From Candidatus Moraniibacteriota bacterium (lineage in GTDB: Bacteria; Patescibacteriota; Minisyncoccia; Moranbacterales; GCA-2747515), in the NCBI GenBank assembly GCA_002747515.1, contig PDPP01000017.1, positions 4,392 to 68,391 on the forward strand: a stretch of 64,000 nucleotides of DNA, in the 5' to 3' direction. Positions 28,923 to 38,607 of this stretch are shown in pieces. The stretch's first letter is position 1. Each line of letters starts with the position of its first letter. The position numbers were made by a program, and so were the translations under genes. The notes beneath the pieces are model-generated. The model did no database searches. It saw only the letters and a list, made by a program, of their open reading frames with translations, and had not been told where the DNA came from.

Positions 28923-29282
28923 TTATGAAGCTTTTACGGATTTTGGTGGAATGATATCTGCACAAAAGCGTTTCTCCCATTCTTGTAACCACATGTAGTT
29001 GTATAAATAAGAAATTTTTTCTTTCTTATCCATATGTACAATGATGTGTGGGAAATTGTTGCGGATAGCATTTTTACGATGTTTGTATCTTGTTGTACTG
29101 ATGAATTTACAAGATTCAAAAGTATCAATCCAGTAACGTGTAGCAGTTTGACTGATGTTTGCTTTTGTAGCAATATCAGGAATCAATGCTTCCTTTAATC
29201 CAATCTCAACGAGTGCCATGAGCGTTGTTGCTACGCGGTAGGCATTCTCACTGTTAAAAAGAACTTCTCTTTGTTCTTTCAT
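28923..29282 (-). CDS. Small HTH DNA-binding protein (putative transcriptional regulator), divergent from glmS
   Basis: Likely HTH region IPDIATKANISQTATRYWI. The start codon was chosen at ATG 29280-29282, which has a strong RBS (aaaaggagaaaaaagATG). The ORF track extends it to 29381 without an RBS. Confidence 0.4.
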   Translation of the reverse strand: MKEQREVLFNSENAYRVATTLMALVEIGLKEALIPDIATKANISQTATRYWIDTFESCKFISTTRYKHRKNAIRNNFPHIIVHMDKKEKISYLYNYMWLQEWEKRFCADIIPPKSVKAS

Positions 29283-29462
29283 CTTTTTTCTCCTTTTGTT
29301 TTTTTGATGAAAATATACATTAACATGACATTGTATTTTTGTCAATGGATTTTGCAGGCAATACCATGATATACTTGGCACAGTCGTTAAATAGAAAGAT
29401 TCTTGTTCACAAGATTTTGTTTTTAAGTGAATGAGTTATGTCTAAAATGTAATTATAAATAT

Positions 29463-31289
29463 ATGTGTGGAATTGTAGGATTTATAGGAAAAAAAGATAA
29501 CGCATATGATGTGCTTTTGGATGGATTGAAACGGTTGGAATATCGTGGGTATGATAGTTCTGGAATGTGTTTGTTATCTAATGATAAAGTCAAAACATTT
29601 AGATCTGTGGGAAAAATTTCTTCGCTCGAAGAAAAAATTGGTAGTAGACATATAGAGTCACATATGGGTATTGCACATACACGGTGGGCAACACATGGTA
29701 AGCCAAGTGTAAAAAATGCACATCCGCATAGTAGTGGAAAAATTCATCTTGTACACAATGGAATCATAGAAAATTATCAACAGTTAAAAAGCATGCTTGT
29801 GGAGAAGGGGCACAAGTTTACGTCTGATACTGACAGTGAAGTTGTTGCACACTTAATTGCACAAGAGAATAAAAAAAGTGGATTTGAAGAATCTGTATAT
29901 AATGCAATGGCTCAAATTCACGGAGCATACGCACTCGTGATTTGTCATGAGGATGAACCAGAAAAAATGATTGCAGTACGCAACAGTTCTCCACTTGTTA
30001 TGGGTGTTGGAAAAAATGAATATATTCTTGCATCTGATGCATCAGCTATTGTTCAACATACAGATCGTGTCATTTATCTTGATGATGGGGAATTAATTAT
30101 TCTGACACCAACCGAATATAAAATAACAACTTTACGTGGAAAGAAAAAAAATAAAAAAGAGCATATTCTTGAATGGACTGATGATGAAGCACAAAAAGAA
30201 GGATATAATCATTTTATGATTAAAGAGATTTTTGAACAGCCGCATGCTATAGAGGACGCAATTCGTGGTAGGATGATTTTGTCTGATGGATTAGCTCGAT
30301 TAGGTGGTCTTAAAGACGTGGAAAAGCGTTTGCGAAATATTAATAGAATTGTGATTGTGTCATGTGGCACATCATATTGTGCTGGACTTGTGGGTGAGTA
30401 TATGCTTGAAGAATATGCTGGTATTTCAACAGAGGTGGAGTATGCATCTGAATTTCGTTATCGCAAACCACTTATTGATAAAAATACTGTGGTGATTGCA
30501 ATTTCGCAGTCTGGTGAAACTGCAGATACACTTGCAGCGATTCGTGAAGCAAAAAATAAAGGTGGTTTGACATTGGGCATTGTTAATGTTGTTGGTTCTA
30601 CAATTGCACGTGAAACTGATGCAGGAATATACAATCATGCAGGTCCAGAAGTTGCTGTTGCAAGTACAAAGGCGTTTACATCACAACTTTCGATACTAGC
30701 TCTGCTGACGGTGTATCTCGGTCGTCAAAGAAATATGTCAATGGTTATGGGTAAGAGAATACTTGCAGAGTTACAAAGAATTCCAAAAAAAATTAATACA
30801 ATACTTGAAAGCGAAAAGGAGATAAAAAAAATTGCAAAAAAATATATAAAATATAACAGCATGTTTTATTTGGGGAGAAAATATAATTTTCCAATTGCTT
30901 TGGAAGGGGCAATTAAAATAAAAGAAATATCATATGTTCATGCAGAGGGATACGCTTCTGGTGAAATGAAACATGGTCCAATTGCACTTATTGATAAAAA
31001 TTTCCCTTCTGTCATTATTGCCGTAAAAGATAGTGTGTATGAAAAAACATTGTCAGCGATTGAGGAAGTAAAAGCACGTGATGGAAAAGTGATTGCTATT
31101 ACAACAAAGGGTTCGAAAGAGGTAGAAAAAATTGCAGATCATGTGTTATATATTCCAAAGACATTGGAGATGCTTACGCCACTGCTTTCTATAATTCCTT
31201 TACAGCTTTTAGCATATTATACTGGTGTAGAAAAAGGTTTTGATGTAGATAAACCACGTAATCTTGCTAAAAGCGTTACTGTAGAATAA
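29463..31289 (+). CDS. glmS: Glutamine--fructose-6-phosphate aminotransferase (isomerizing)
   Basis: N-terminal MCGIVGFIG, with Cys2 as the nucleophile, so the start is set at 29463 rather than 29427. Two SIS domains and the C-terminal ...KSVTVE. The gene is about 608 aa. Confidence 0.85.
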   Translation: MCGIVGFIGKKDNAYDVLLDGLKRLEYRGYDSSGMCLLSNDKVKTFRSVGKISSLEEKIGSRHIESHMGIAHTRWATHGKPSVKNAHPHSSGKIHLVHNGIIENYQQLKSMLVEKGHKFTSDTDSEVVAHLIAQENKKSGFEESVYNAMAQIHGAYALVICHEDEPEKMIAVRNSSPLVMGVGKNEYILASDASAIVQHTDRVIYLDDGELIILTPTEYKITTLRGKKKNKKEHILEWTDDEAQKEGYNHFMIKEIFEQPHAIEDAIRGRMILSDGLARLGGLKDVEKRLRNINRIVIVSCGTSYCAGLVGEYMLEEYAGISTEVEYASEFRYRKPLIDKNTVVIAISQSGETADTLAAIREAKNKGGLTLGIVNVVGSTIARETDAGIYNHAGPEVAVASTKAFTSQLSILALLTVYLGRQRNMSMVMGKRILAELQRIPKKINTILESEKEIKKIAKKYIKYNSMFYLGRKYNFPIALEGAIKIKEISYVHAEGYASGEMKHGPIALIDKNFPSVIIAVKDSVYEKTLSAIEEVKARDGKVIAITTKGSKEVEKIADHVLYIPKTLEMLTPLLSIIPLQLLAYYTGVEKGFDVDKPRNLAKSVTVE

Positions 31290-31341
31290 TAGTATAATTA
31301 AAAAATATCATTTTTCATTTTACATTTAAATATTTTAAAAT

Positions 31342-32133
31342 ATGGAGATGACAATTATGCAGGCAATTGTGTTCGGTATCGTTCAAGGTGTTACAGAGTT
31401 TTTGCCGATATCTAGTTCTGGGCACATTGTATTGGCACAATATTTTTTTGGCATTGAGGATCCGCAAATGAGTTTTGTTTTCGCATTACATATGGGAAGT
31501 CTTTTGGCAGTGGTGATGTATTTTTGGCGTGACTGGTTAAATCTCGTGCATATTAAAAAAGATATGAAAGTTTATCAAGATAATCCACATCTGTTATGGT
31601 TAATTGTTGTCGCAACAATTCCTTCTGTTGCAGTTGGTTTATTTATTGGGGATTTTGTGGAAAATTTAGTTTTTTCTAAAGTTGTTGTTGCATTTTTGAT
31701 TTTGTGTGGAAGTGTTGTTTTGTTTGTATGTGACAGAATATTTAGTAAAAAAAGAACATTGAAACATATCAATGTAAAAAATTCTTTTATTATCGGACTT
31801 TTTCAAATTGTTGCATTGATACCCGGAGTATCTCGTAGTGGAATGACAATTTCTGGTGCACGGATGTGCGGATTTAATCGTGTGGATGCAGCACGTTTCT
31901 CATTTCTTATCTCTGTACCAATTATTATTGGAGCAGGTATTTTAATGATTAAAAGTGCTGTATTTTCTGAATTTACTGTGCAAGTTTTTGTAGGCACAGT
32001 TGCTTCGTTTATTGTATCAATTTGCACAATTCATTATTTTCTTGCACTTATTAGAAAAGTAAGTTACGCTATATTTTTATACTATTCAATAGTATTTTTT
32101 ATTATTACTTGTTGTGTTGTTTATCTGGGGTAA
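31342..32133 (+). CDS. uppP: Undecaprenyl-diphosphate phosphatase (BacA/UppP)
   Basis: QAIVFGIVQGVTEFLPISSSGHI and SRSGMTISGA are the conserved UppP motifs. Eight TM helices. The start could instead be ATG 31357. Confidence 0.75.
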   Translation: MEMTIMQAIVFGIVQGVTEFLPISSSGHIVLAQYFFGIEDPQMSFVFALHMGSLLAVVMYFWRDWLNLVHIKKDMKVYQDNPHLLWLIVVATIPSVAVGLFIGDFVENLVFSKVVVAFLILCGSVVLFVCDRIFSKKRTLKHINVKNSFIIGLFQIVALIPGVSRSGMTISGARMCGFNRVDAARFSFLISVPIIIGAGILMIKSAVFSEFTVQVFVGTVASFIVSICTIHYFLALIRKVSYAIFLYYSIVFFIITCCVVYLG

Positions 32134-32199
32134 GGGTTTTTTGATATGATACAAAATATCTATAAAGAAAAAATATGTGTTATTGCATAGAATTATATT

Positions 32200-33051
32200 A
32201 TGAAAAAAATTAATGGAAAAGAAATTGCAGCAAAAAAACTTCTTAAATTGAAGGAGGATATTGAAGAACTGAATTTAGAACCATCACTTGGTGTAATACT
32301 TGTTGGTGATGATGCACCATCACATTTATACGTAAAACTCAAAGAAAAGGCTGCAAAAGAAATTGGCATAGAGTTGCGAAAATATATTTTTGATGCAGAA
32401 GCATCAGAGGATGAATTGCGTTTAAGTATTGAATTTCTCAATAATGATTTAGACACGCATGGGATTATTGTGCAATTGCCATTAGCAAAGCAATTTAATG
32501 CTGATGATATTGTGAGTTTGGTGAATCCAAAAAAAGACGTTGATGGTTTTCATAGTGCAAATCAAGAGCGATTTTTGCACAATGAGGAATTTATTTATCC
32601 TGTATTTCCACGGGCAATTGTTGAGCTTATTGATAGTTGTAATGTAATTTTATCGGGGAAAAAAGCTGTTGTAATCGGCAAGAGTGATGTGTTTGATCGT
32701 GTGATGACACATGCATTGGAGCGTAAAGGTCTTAAAACACAATTTATTCAATGTGTTGATAGAGTGATTTTTTCTCAAAAAGAAAAAGAAATTATAAATC
32801 AATCAGACGTGATTGTGACTGCATGTGGTGTGCCTAGAGTGCTTTCTTGTGATATTGTACAGGATGGTGCGATTGTAATTGATGGCGGCATCAGTAAGGT
32901 TGATGGAAAAACTGTAGGAGATGTCGACGTAAAAAATTGTATTGATCGAGATATTTTTATTTCTCCTGTTCCTGGTGGCGTAGGTCCGATGACAATTGCG
33001 TTTCTTATGGAAAATGTTGTGCAGTTAGCTAAAAGAAATATAAAAAAGTAA
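32200..33051 (+). CDS. folD: Bifunctional methylenetetrahydrofolate dehydrogenase/cyclohydrolase
   Basis: INGKEIAAKKL...LGVILVGDDAPSHLYVKLKEKAAKEIGI; GFHSANQ; PVPGGVGPMTIA. Confidence 0.8.
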   Translation: MKKINGKEIAAKKLLKLKEDIEELNLEPSLGVILVGDDAPSHLYVKLKEKAAKEIGIELRKYIFDAEASEDELRLSIEFLNNDLDTHGIIVQLPLAKQFNADDIVSLVNPKKDVDGFHSANQERFLHNEEFIYPVFPRAIVELIDSCNVILSGKKAVVIGKSDVFDRVMTHALERKGLKTQFIQCVDRVIFSQKEKEIINQSDVIVTACGVPRVLSCDIVQDGAIVIDGGISKVDGKTVGDVDVKNCIDRDIFISPVPGGVGPMTIAFLMENVVQLAKRNIKK

Positions 33052-33089
33052 TTAGTTTGCAAAAAGTAACATTTTACTGTAACCTTGTA

Positions 33090-33310
33090 GTGAAAAATGA
33101 TAAAATCCTCTGACAGTGAATATCATCATTGAATTTGTGTGTAGACACAAAAGGATATGAGAAGAACGTTGTTGAAACAATTATTAGAACTCATCGGGTA
33201 AGCCCGTAAACGCTGTAATGAAGTCCGCTTTTTTGTAAGGTGGAGAATTAAGGTGGTACCACGAAATATTCGTCCTTAAATAATTTTTAAGGATTTTTTA
33301 TTTTTATAAA
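33090..33310 (+). promoter_or_regulatory. T-box riboswitch leader, Ile-specific, controlling ileS
   Basis: Stem I GA motif (aggatatgagaagaa). ATC specifier at 33191-33193. T-box sequence AATTAAGGTGGTACCACG at about 33246-33263. Terminator hairpin tccttaaa...ttaagga followed by a T-run ending about 33310, just 9 nt before the ileS ATG. Confidence 0.75.
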
Positions 33311-33318
33311 ACAATAAT

Positions 33319-36258
33319 ATGGCATTTAAAAAAGTAGAGTCAAATCAAAAATTACCAGAAATGGAAAAAGAAATTATCAATGTGTGGAACAAAAATCAAA
33401 CATTTCAAAAAACATTAGAAAATCGTAAAGGTGCAAAGGAATATACATTTTATGATGGTCCTCCATTTGCAACTGGTTTACCGCATTATGGTCATATCGT
33501 GGCAAGTGTATTGAAAGATGTGGTGCCACGGTATTGGACGATGCGTGGTTACTATGTGGAGCGTAAATGGGGGTGGGATTGTCACGGATTGCCAATTGAA
33601 AATATTGTGGAAAAAGAATTGGGCTCAAAAAAGAAAAAAGATATCGAAAAGATGGGCGTGGCGGTATTTAATGAAAAATGTCGTGAAAAGGTTTTGGTTT
33701 ATGTATCTGAATGGGAAAAAACCATAGAACGACTCGGACGTTGGGCAGATATGGAAAATGCATATCGTACGATGGACAGGGATTATATGGAGAGTGTGTG
33801 GTGGGTATTCAAAGAGTTGTGGGATAGGAAGTTAATCTATGAAGATTATCGCTCAATGCACATTTGTCCGCGGTGCGAAACGACATTATCACAACAAGAA
33901 GTTTCAGAAGAGTATCAAAATATTAAAGATTTGTCAGTAATGGCAAAATTTGCACTTGTTGATGAGTTGAATACGTATGTACTTGCATGGACAACAACAC
34001 CATGGACATTGCCGGGCAATGTTGCACTTGCTGTAGGAAATGAAATTACATATGTGAAAGTGGAGAAAAATGAAGAAGGTGATTTTGTGCAATATATTTG
34101 TGCTAAAGAACTTGTTGAAAATATTTTTAAAGATCAAGAATATAAAATTGTTGAGGAATTTTTGGGGTCAGAATTTGTGGGCAAAAAATACCAACCGCTT
34201 TTTGATGTGTACAAAAAAGATGAAAATGTAGAAAATCGGGAAAATGGATGGAAAATTTATGCAGCGGATTTTGTAACAACTGATGAAGGAACTGGTGTGG
34301 TGCATATCGCACCAGCATTTGGTGAAGATGATATGAATCTCGGTCGTGAAAATCATTTACCATTTGTACAGCACGTTGCGATGGATGGAAGTTTTAAAAA
34401 GGAATTGGGTGATTTGGCTGGAAAAAATGTGAAGCCGATTGACAATCATCAAGAAACAGATGTGGAGATTATTAAATATCTCGCAAAAAATGGAACATTA
34501 TTTCACAAGGAAAAATATGAGCATAGTTATCCGCACTGTTGGCGTTGTGATACACCACTGATTAATTACGCAACAACCTCGTGGTTTGTGTCTGTGACAA
34601 AAATCAAAAAACGTATGTTGGAATTGGCAAAAGAGATTAATTGGTCGCCAGAACATATCAAAGAGGGGCGTTTTGGAAAATGGTTAGAGGGCGCACGGGA
34701 CTGGTCAATTTCTCGTCAACGGTTTTGGGCGAGTGTGATGCCGATCTGGGTGTGTGATACGTGTGACAAGAAAATTGTTTTTGGTAGTGCAAAAGAATTA
34801 GAGGATGCGAGCGGGCAACAAATTGATGATCTGCATAAACATATTGTAGATGAAGTGACATTTGGATGCGATGCATGTGAGGGAACAATGAAACGTGTGC
34901 CAGATGTTTTAGATACGTGGTTTGACAGTGGTTCGATGCCATATGCAGGGAAACACTATCCGTTTGAAAATGAGGAGCAATTTGAGCAAAATTTTCCAGC
35001 AGATTTTATCGCAGAGGGTGTAGATCAAACACGTGCATGGTTTTATTATCAACATGTTATTGCAACAGGTATTAAGGATAATCATGCATTTAAAAACGTG
35101 GTTGTTAATGGAATTGTGTTGGCGGAGGATGGTAAGAAGATGAGTAAAAAATTACAAAATTATCCAGATCCAGGTGACATGTTTGAAAAGTATGGTGCGG
35201 ATGCGGTACGTTTTTACTTGATGCAGTCTCCAGTCGTTGCGGCAGAAAACATGAATTTCATTGAGCAAGAGTTGGGTGAGGTTTCGCGGGGGATGTTGCG
35301 TCGGTTGTGGAACAGTTATTCATTTTTTGTGTTGTATGCGTTGGTGGATAAGTGGTCGCCAAAAACTGTCAATCACCAGCCGTCGGTTACTCGTTCTAAC
35401 ATTCTTGACCGATGGATTCTGTCAGAGTTACATGTGTTAATTGGGAATTTCAATACTCATATGGAGGCGTATGAACTGCACAAAGCGGCACGACTATTGC
35501 CACAATTTATCGATGATCTGTCAAATTGGTACATTCGTCGTTCGCGGCGGCGGTTTTGGAAAAGTGAAGATGACGCGGACAAAAACGAGGCATATCAGAC
35601 ACTTTATGAGGTATTGGTGACGATATCAAAAGTGATGGCACCGTTCACGCCGTTTATCACCGAAGAAATTTTTAGAAACTTGACTGACGAAGAATCGGTA
35701 CATCTTACTGATTTTCCCGAAGCAAATGCAAAGCTGATTGACGAGGAACTCAATCAAAAAATGGCAAACACGAGAAAAGCGATTGAAATAGGCTTGTCAC
35801 TGCGTGCACAAAACAGTCTCAAAGTGCGCCAACCACTCGCAATGCTAGAAATTACTGGTGCAGATATTGACACGGAACTTCTGGAACTTATCACAGATGA
35901 GGTGAACGTCAAAGCAGTGAACATCGTGGACAAAATCAATTCTAGTTTCAAAAGCAAAGCAGACGGCACACTGACGGTCGGACTGGATATCGCACTGACG
36001 GATGAATTGAAAAAAGAAGGGCAGATGCGCGAACTCATTCGCCACATCCAGCAAGCACGCAAAAAGGCGGGGCTAGCTATTGACAATCGAATAAAACTAT
36101 GCTATACTGGTAATTCTGAAATTATTAATTCTTTTACAACTGAAATTGCCAAAGAAGTTTTGGCAACAGAAATTGTTCAAGGAGAGCCTGATGCGGAAGC
36201 GTTTTCAGAGTCCATTGCGGTAGGCGATGAAATGCTAACGATTTGGATTGTGAAATAA
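33319..36258 (+). CDS. ileS: Isoleucyl-tRNA synthetase
   Basis: HIGH motif PHYGH, KMSKS motif KMSKKL, zinc-binding Cys pairs (CPRCE; CWRCD; CDTCD). The protein is 979 aa. Confidence 0.9.
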   Translation: MAFKKVESNQKLPEMEKEIINVWNKNQTFQKTLENRKGAKEYTFYDGPPFATGLPHYGHIVASVLKDVVPRYWTMRGYYVERKWGWDCHGLPIENIVEKELGSKKKKDIEKMGVAVFNEKCREKVLVYVSEWEKTIERLGRWADMENAYRTMDRDYMESVWWVFKELWDRKLIYEDYRSMHICPRCETTLSQQEVSEEYQNIKDLSVMAKFALVDELNTYVLAWTTTPWTLPGNVALAVGNEITYVKVEKNEEGDFVQYICAKELVENIFKDQEYKIVEEFLGSEFVGKKYQPLFDVYKKDENVENRENGWKIYAADFVTTDEGTGVVHIAPAFGEDDMNLGRENHLPFVQHVAMDGSFKKELGDLAGKNVKPIDNHQETDVEIIKYLAKNGTLFHKEKYEHSYPHCWRCDTPLINYATTSWFVSVTKIKKRMLELAKEINWSPEHIKEGRFGKWLEGARDWSISRQRFWASVMPIWVCDTCDKKIVFGSAKELEDASGQQIDDLHKHIVDEVTFGCDACEGTMKRVPDVLDTWFDSGSMPYAGKHYPFENEEQFEQNFPADFIAEGVDQTRAWFYYQHVIATGIKDNHAFKNVVVNGIVLAEDGKKMSKKLQNYPDPGDMFEKYGADAVRFYLMQSPVVAAENMNFIEQELGEVSRGMLRRLWNSYSFFVLYALVDKWSPKTVNHQPSVTRSNILDRWILSELHVLIGNFNTHMEAYELHKAARLLPQFIDDLSNWYIRRSRRRFWKSEDDADKNEAYQTLYEVLVTISKVMAPFTPFITEEIFRNLTDEESVHLTDFPEANAKLIDEELNQKMANTRKAIEIGLSLRAQNSLKVRQPLAMLEITGADIDTELLELITDEVNVKAVNIVDKINSSFKSKADGTLTVGLDIALTDELKKEGQMRELIRHIQQARKKAGLAIDNRIKLCYTGNSEIINSFTTEIAKEVLATEIVQGEPDAEAFSESIAVGDEMLTIWIVK
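36080..36108 (+). promoter_or_regulatory. Putative sigma70-type promoter embedded in the 3' end of ileS (TTGACA-N17-TATACT)
   Basis: ttgaca at 36080-36085, a 17-nt spacer, then tatact at 36103-36108. The same segment is repeated at 37042 and 38410 with TTGACA-N17-TATGAT. Confidence 0.5.
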
Positions 36259-36309
36259 TAGGAAATTATAGACAGACAGTAAGAAAAACAGTTAATCAAG
36301 GAGAAAATC

Positions 36310-36969
36310 ATGGAAATTACAGGAAAGCTGAACAAGCTGGATAGTCTTACTCGAGGAGAGGTGGATTCAGTTTTGATTAAAATTGGACATGATGCAGGGA
36401 TGGATGTCTTGGAAGCAATCAGAGCGTATCTTCGCGGTGATCTCATCATTCGGCCCAAGGGGCTATTTCTCAAAAATGACAATGGTCACCATGTATTTAA
36501 AATTTTTGGAGAGAATTATCTTGGCAAGGAGGAAGCAGATCGCATAGATGCAGGTATTCTTCAGATGAATATTGAAGCTTATCAAATTCTGATAAATGAC
36601 GATTACAACAAAAACCATCTTCTTGAAGAAGATGAGGAATACACGATTGTGTTAGTTCCTAGTGATGAAATCACCGAAGGAAGAACAGTGGAAGAATATG
36701 GATTATCTTTTAATTATCAAAAAATGCGTGCCGAAGCCGTTCTTCGTATGCAAGAAATTGTTACTCAAAAACAAATGAAAAAGATGGGTTTTTCTGATAT
36801 TATGGGAGTTCATATGCCAATCAGCACTCTTCGTGGTGATTTCTATTCTCTCGGATTGAGTCGTTGTAATAGTGTCGGTGATGAACACTGTCTCCTTGGT
36901 GCTTATAGTAGGACGTATGATAGCCAGTGGAATAATTTAGCATTTGCATTCTTTGCTCCTGGAGATTAA
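36310..36969 (+). CDS. Hypothetical soluble protein with no recognisable domain, GC-richer than its surroundings
   Basis: ORF of 219 aa with RBS aaggag 8 nt upstream. It follows the ileS stop by 51 nt. Composition is visibly more G+C-rich than flanking genes. Confidence 0.45.
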   Translation: MEITGKLNKLDSLTRGEVDSVLIKIGHDAGMDVLEAIRAYLRGDLIIRPKGLFLKNDNGHHVFKIFGENYLGKEEADRIDAGILQMNIEAYQILINDDYNKNHLLEEDEEYTIVLVPSDEITEGRTVEEYGLSFNYQKMRAEAVLRMQEIVTQKQMKKMGFSDIMGVHMPISTLRGDFYSLGLSRCNSVGDEHCLLGAYSRTYDSQWNNLAFAFFAPGD

Positions 36970-36984
36970 CTTCTGTTCCTTAAG

Positions 36985-37040
36985 TCTTTGCCCTTTGTTC
37001 TTTTTTCACAAAACTGTGAGAGAAGTGCAAAGGGTTTTTT
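36985..37040 (+). terminator. Probable terminator hairpin after the 219-aa gene
   Basis: ccctttg ... caaaggg stem followed by ttttttatt. The loop is long, so strength is uncertain. Confidence 0.35.
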
Positions 37041-37224
37041 ATTTGACAAAAATCACAAAAATTACTATGATGACCAGTCAGATATGAATAGTACCTTTAC
37101 AACTGAAATTGCCAAGGAAGTTTTGGCAACAGAAATAATCAATGGTGAGCCAGATACAAAAGTGTTTTCTCAGTCCATAACACTGGGCGAAGAAAAGCTG
37201 ACGATTTGGATTGTGAAATAATAG
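37035..37224 (+). repeat. Copy 2 of the ileS 3'-end segment (promoter TTGACA-N17-TATGAT at 37042-37070, plus diverged ileS tail codons ending TAATAG)
   Basis: The segment aligns to 36075-36261 at nucleotide and protein level (NSTFTTEIAKEVLATEIINGEPDTKVFSQSITLGEEKLTIWIVK vs ileS NSFTTEIAKEVLATEIVQGEPDAEAFSESIAVGDEMLTIWIVK). ORF-track entry 36988..37221 is this relic, not an independent gene. Confidence 0.8.
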
Positions 37225-37244
37225 GAAAAAATCGGAGGTGTGAA

Positions 37245-37544
37245 ATGAAAAATGAGACAGTAATAATGAGTGTTATTTGTCTTGGTGCTGTGATTTTGCG
37301 CAACACAATTAATCTCGGTGATTTTGTTGTAAATGCAATTTTACGCGATTATTTGTTGGCAGTTATCATCATGTCAGCATTATTTGTGACATGTGAGACG
37401 ATTTTTAGGAAAGAACTTGTTACTAATGCAGTATGGTTACAAGTAAAAGAGGCAATAAGCATGTCTATCTATCTGTTAAGTAGCGGCACTTTGCTTCTTA
37501 TCTGTTTGTGTGCGATACGAATACACACAGGTCCTTTGCTGTGA
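37245..37544 (+). CDS. Small multi-TM membrane protein, member of a local paralog family
   Basis: Starts at ggaggtgtgaaATG (37245). The 99-aa product has 3 TM helices and no known motif. Confidence 0.45.
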   Translation: MKNETVIMSVICLGAVILRNTINLGDFVVNAILRDYLLAVIIMSALFVTCETIFRKELVTNAVWLQVKEAISMSIYLLSSGTLLLICLCAIRIHTGPLL

Positions 37545-37565
37545 ATTATGAAATGGAGGTGTGAA

Positions 37566-37946
37566 ATGGTTCGTCTGAACAAGTTTGATATAGTTCTTAG
37601 TATCGTTTTCTATGGGATTTGTTTCGGTATGTATTTCACTAATTTTGGCGTATCTACAAAAATAGCATTTTTTGTTTTTGTTGCGTTGCTGGTTCTGTAT
37701 GAGTTTACTAATCCAATTGTACATCTGCCAATGCTTACAGTTAAAGCGACTGAAAGAATAAAAATCGGTTCAGTGGTCGTTTTGATTGTTTCGGAAATTT
37801 CCACTTTTGCGTTAATGTTTCTTGATCTCTGTAATTTAGGATACGTGATGCATGTAAGTAATGTGTTGCTTGGATTGGCTTTCGTTCTCATTGTTGTTTT
37901 CATAGTTTCGTGGTTGCAACGGCGGAAAGTCGTAGCATGCCAGTAA
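37566..37946 (+). CDS. Small multi-TM membrane protein, paralog of 38807..39076 plus 39089..39280
   Basis: Starts at ggaggtgtgaaATG (37566). The N-terminal half is similar to the 38807 ORF and the C-terminal half (VSNVLLGLAFVLIVVFIVSWLQRRKVVACQ) to the 39089 ORF. Confidence 0.45.
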   Translation: MVRLNKFDIVLSIVFYGICFGMYFTNFGVSTKIAFFVFVALLVLYEFTNPIVHLPMLTVKATERIKIGSVVVLIVSEISTFALMFLDLCNLGYVMHVSNVLLGLAFVLIVVFIVSWLQRRKVVACQ

Positions 37947-38051
37947 TTACTAGCGAACAAGCAATGGTGGGATTATGTGTATTATCTGGTAGTTTTGCTT
38001 ATGGTGGCAAGTGTTGTTTTGAGATTTTTTGGTTTGTGAGGGAGGTGTAAA

Positions 38052-38354
38052 ATGAATGAAGAAAATATTGAAGGCTGGTTTATTCCATACATCATCCTGA
38101 TTTTTAGTGGGTTAGCTATTATTCTGGGAGGTTGTTTGCATCCAGATTTGTGGTTGTTTAGCAAGATTTTAACAGTTTTGGCTGGATTGCTGATTGTGGT
38201 ACTTTCTTCTGTTAGAGTGTTCGCTAAAAAAAGAGATGTCACACTTGCATGGTTGGACCAAAGAAGTCATTTTGTGAAACGGTTCATGCTGATTTTAGCT
38301 TCAGTTATTCTTGCAATCGAAATTGGAAAAGAGATGTTGGTATATTTTCTATGA
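38052..38354 (+). CDS. Small multi-TM membrane protein (local paralog family)
   Basis: Starts at gggaggtgtaaaATG. The 100-aa product has 3 TM helices. Confidence 0.4.
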   Translation: MNEENIEGWFIPYIILIFSGLAIILGGCLHPDLWLFSKILTVLAGLLIVVLSSVRVFAKKRDVTLAWLDQRSHFVKRFMLILASVILAIEIGKEMLVYFL

Positions 38355-38374
38355 AGTTGCATATGAAGTATATA

Positions 38375-38408
38375 TCCGGTTGTATTCACATATATAACCG
38401 GTTTTTTA
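38375..38408 (+). terminator. Rho-independent terminator immediately upstream of the copy-3 promoter
   Basis: ccggttgtattcacatatataaccgg followed by tttttt. Confidence 0.55.
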
Positions 38409-38590
38409 TTTGACAAAAATCACAAAAATTACTATGATGACCAGTCAGATGTGAATAGTACCTTTACAACTGAAATTGCCAAGGAAGTTTTGGCAACGGA
38501 TATCATCAACAGTGAGCCAGATACGGAAGCGTTTTCTCAGTCCATTACACTGGATGATGAAATGCTCACTATGTGGATTGTGAAACAATA
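38400..38590 (+). repeat. Copy 3 of the ileS 3'-end segment (promoter TTGACA-N17-TATGAT at 38410-38438, plus diverged ileS tail ending ...MWIVKQ*)
   Basis: Aligns to copy 2 and to ileS 36075-36261. There is no in-frame ATG, so the tail is a non-expressed relic. Confidence 0.8.
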
Positions 38591-38607
38591 GGAAATGGAG
38601 ACTTAAA

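Noticed and set aside
29283-29462. glmS ribozyme in the glmS 5' leader
   Set aside because: The ribozyme was looked for because glmS in many low-GC bacteria carries it. The leader is AT-rich and lacks the conserved GC-rich core elements. No ribozyme is supportable from sequence.
36988-37221. 77-aa ORF downstream of the 219-aa gene
   Set aside because: Its C-terminal 45 residues are a diverged copy of the ileS C-terminus. Its N-terminus overlaps a terminator hairpin and the promoter copy. The equivalent segment in copy 3 has no start codon. It is a relic of the duplicated ileS tail, not an independent gene.
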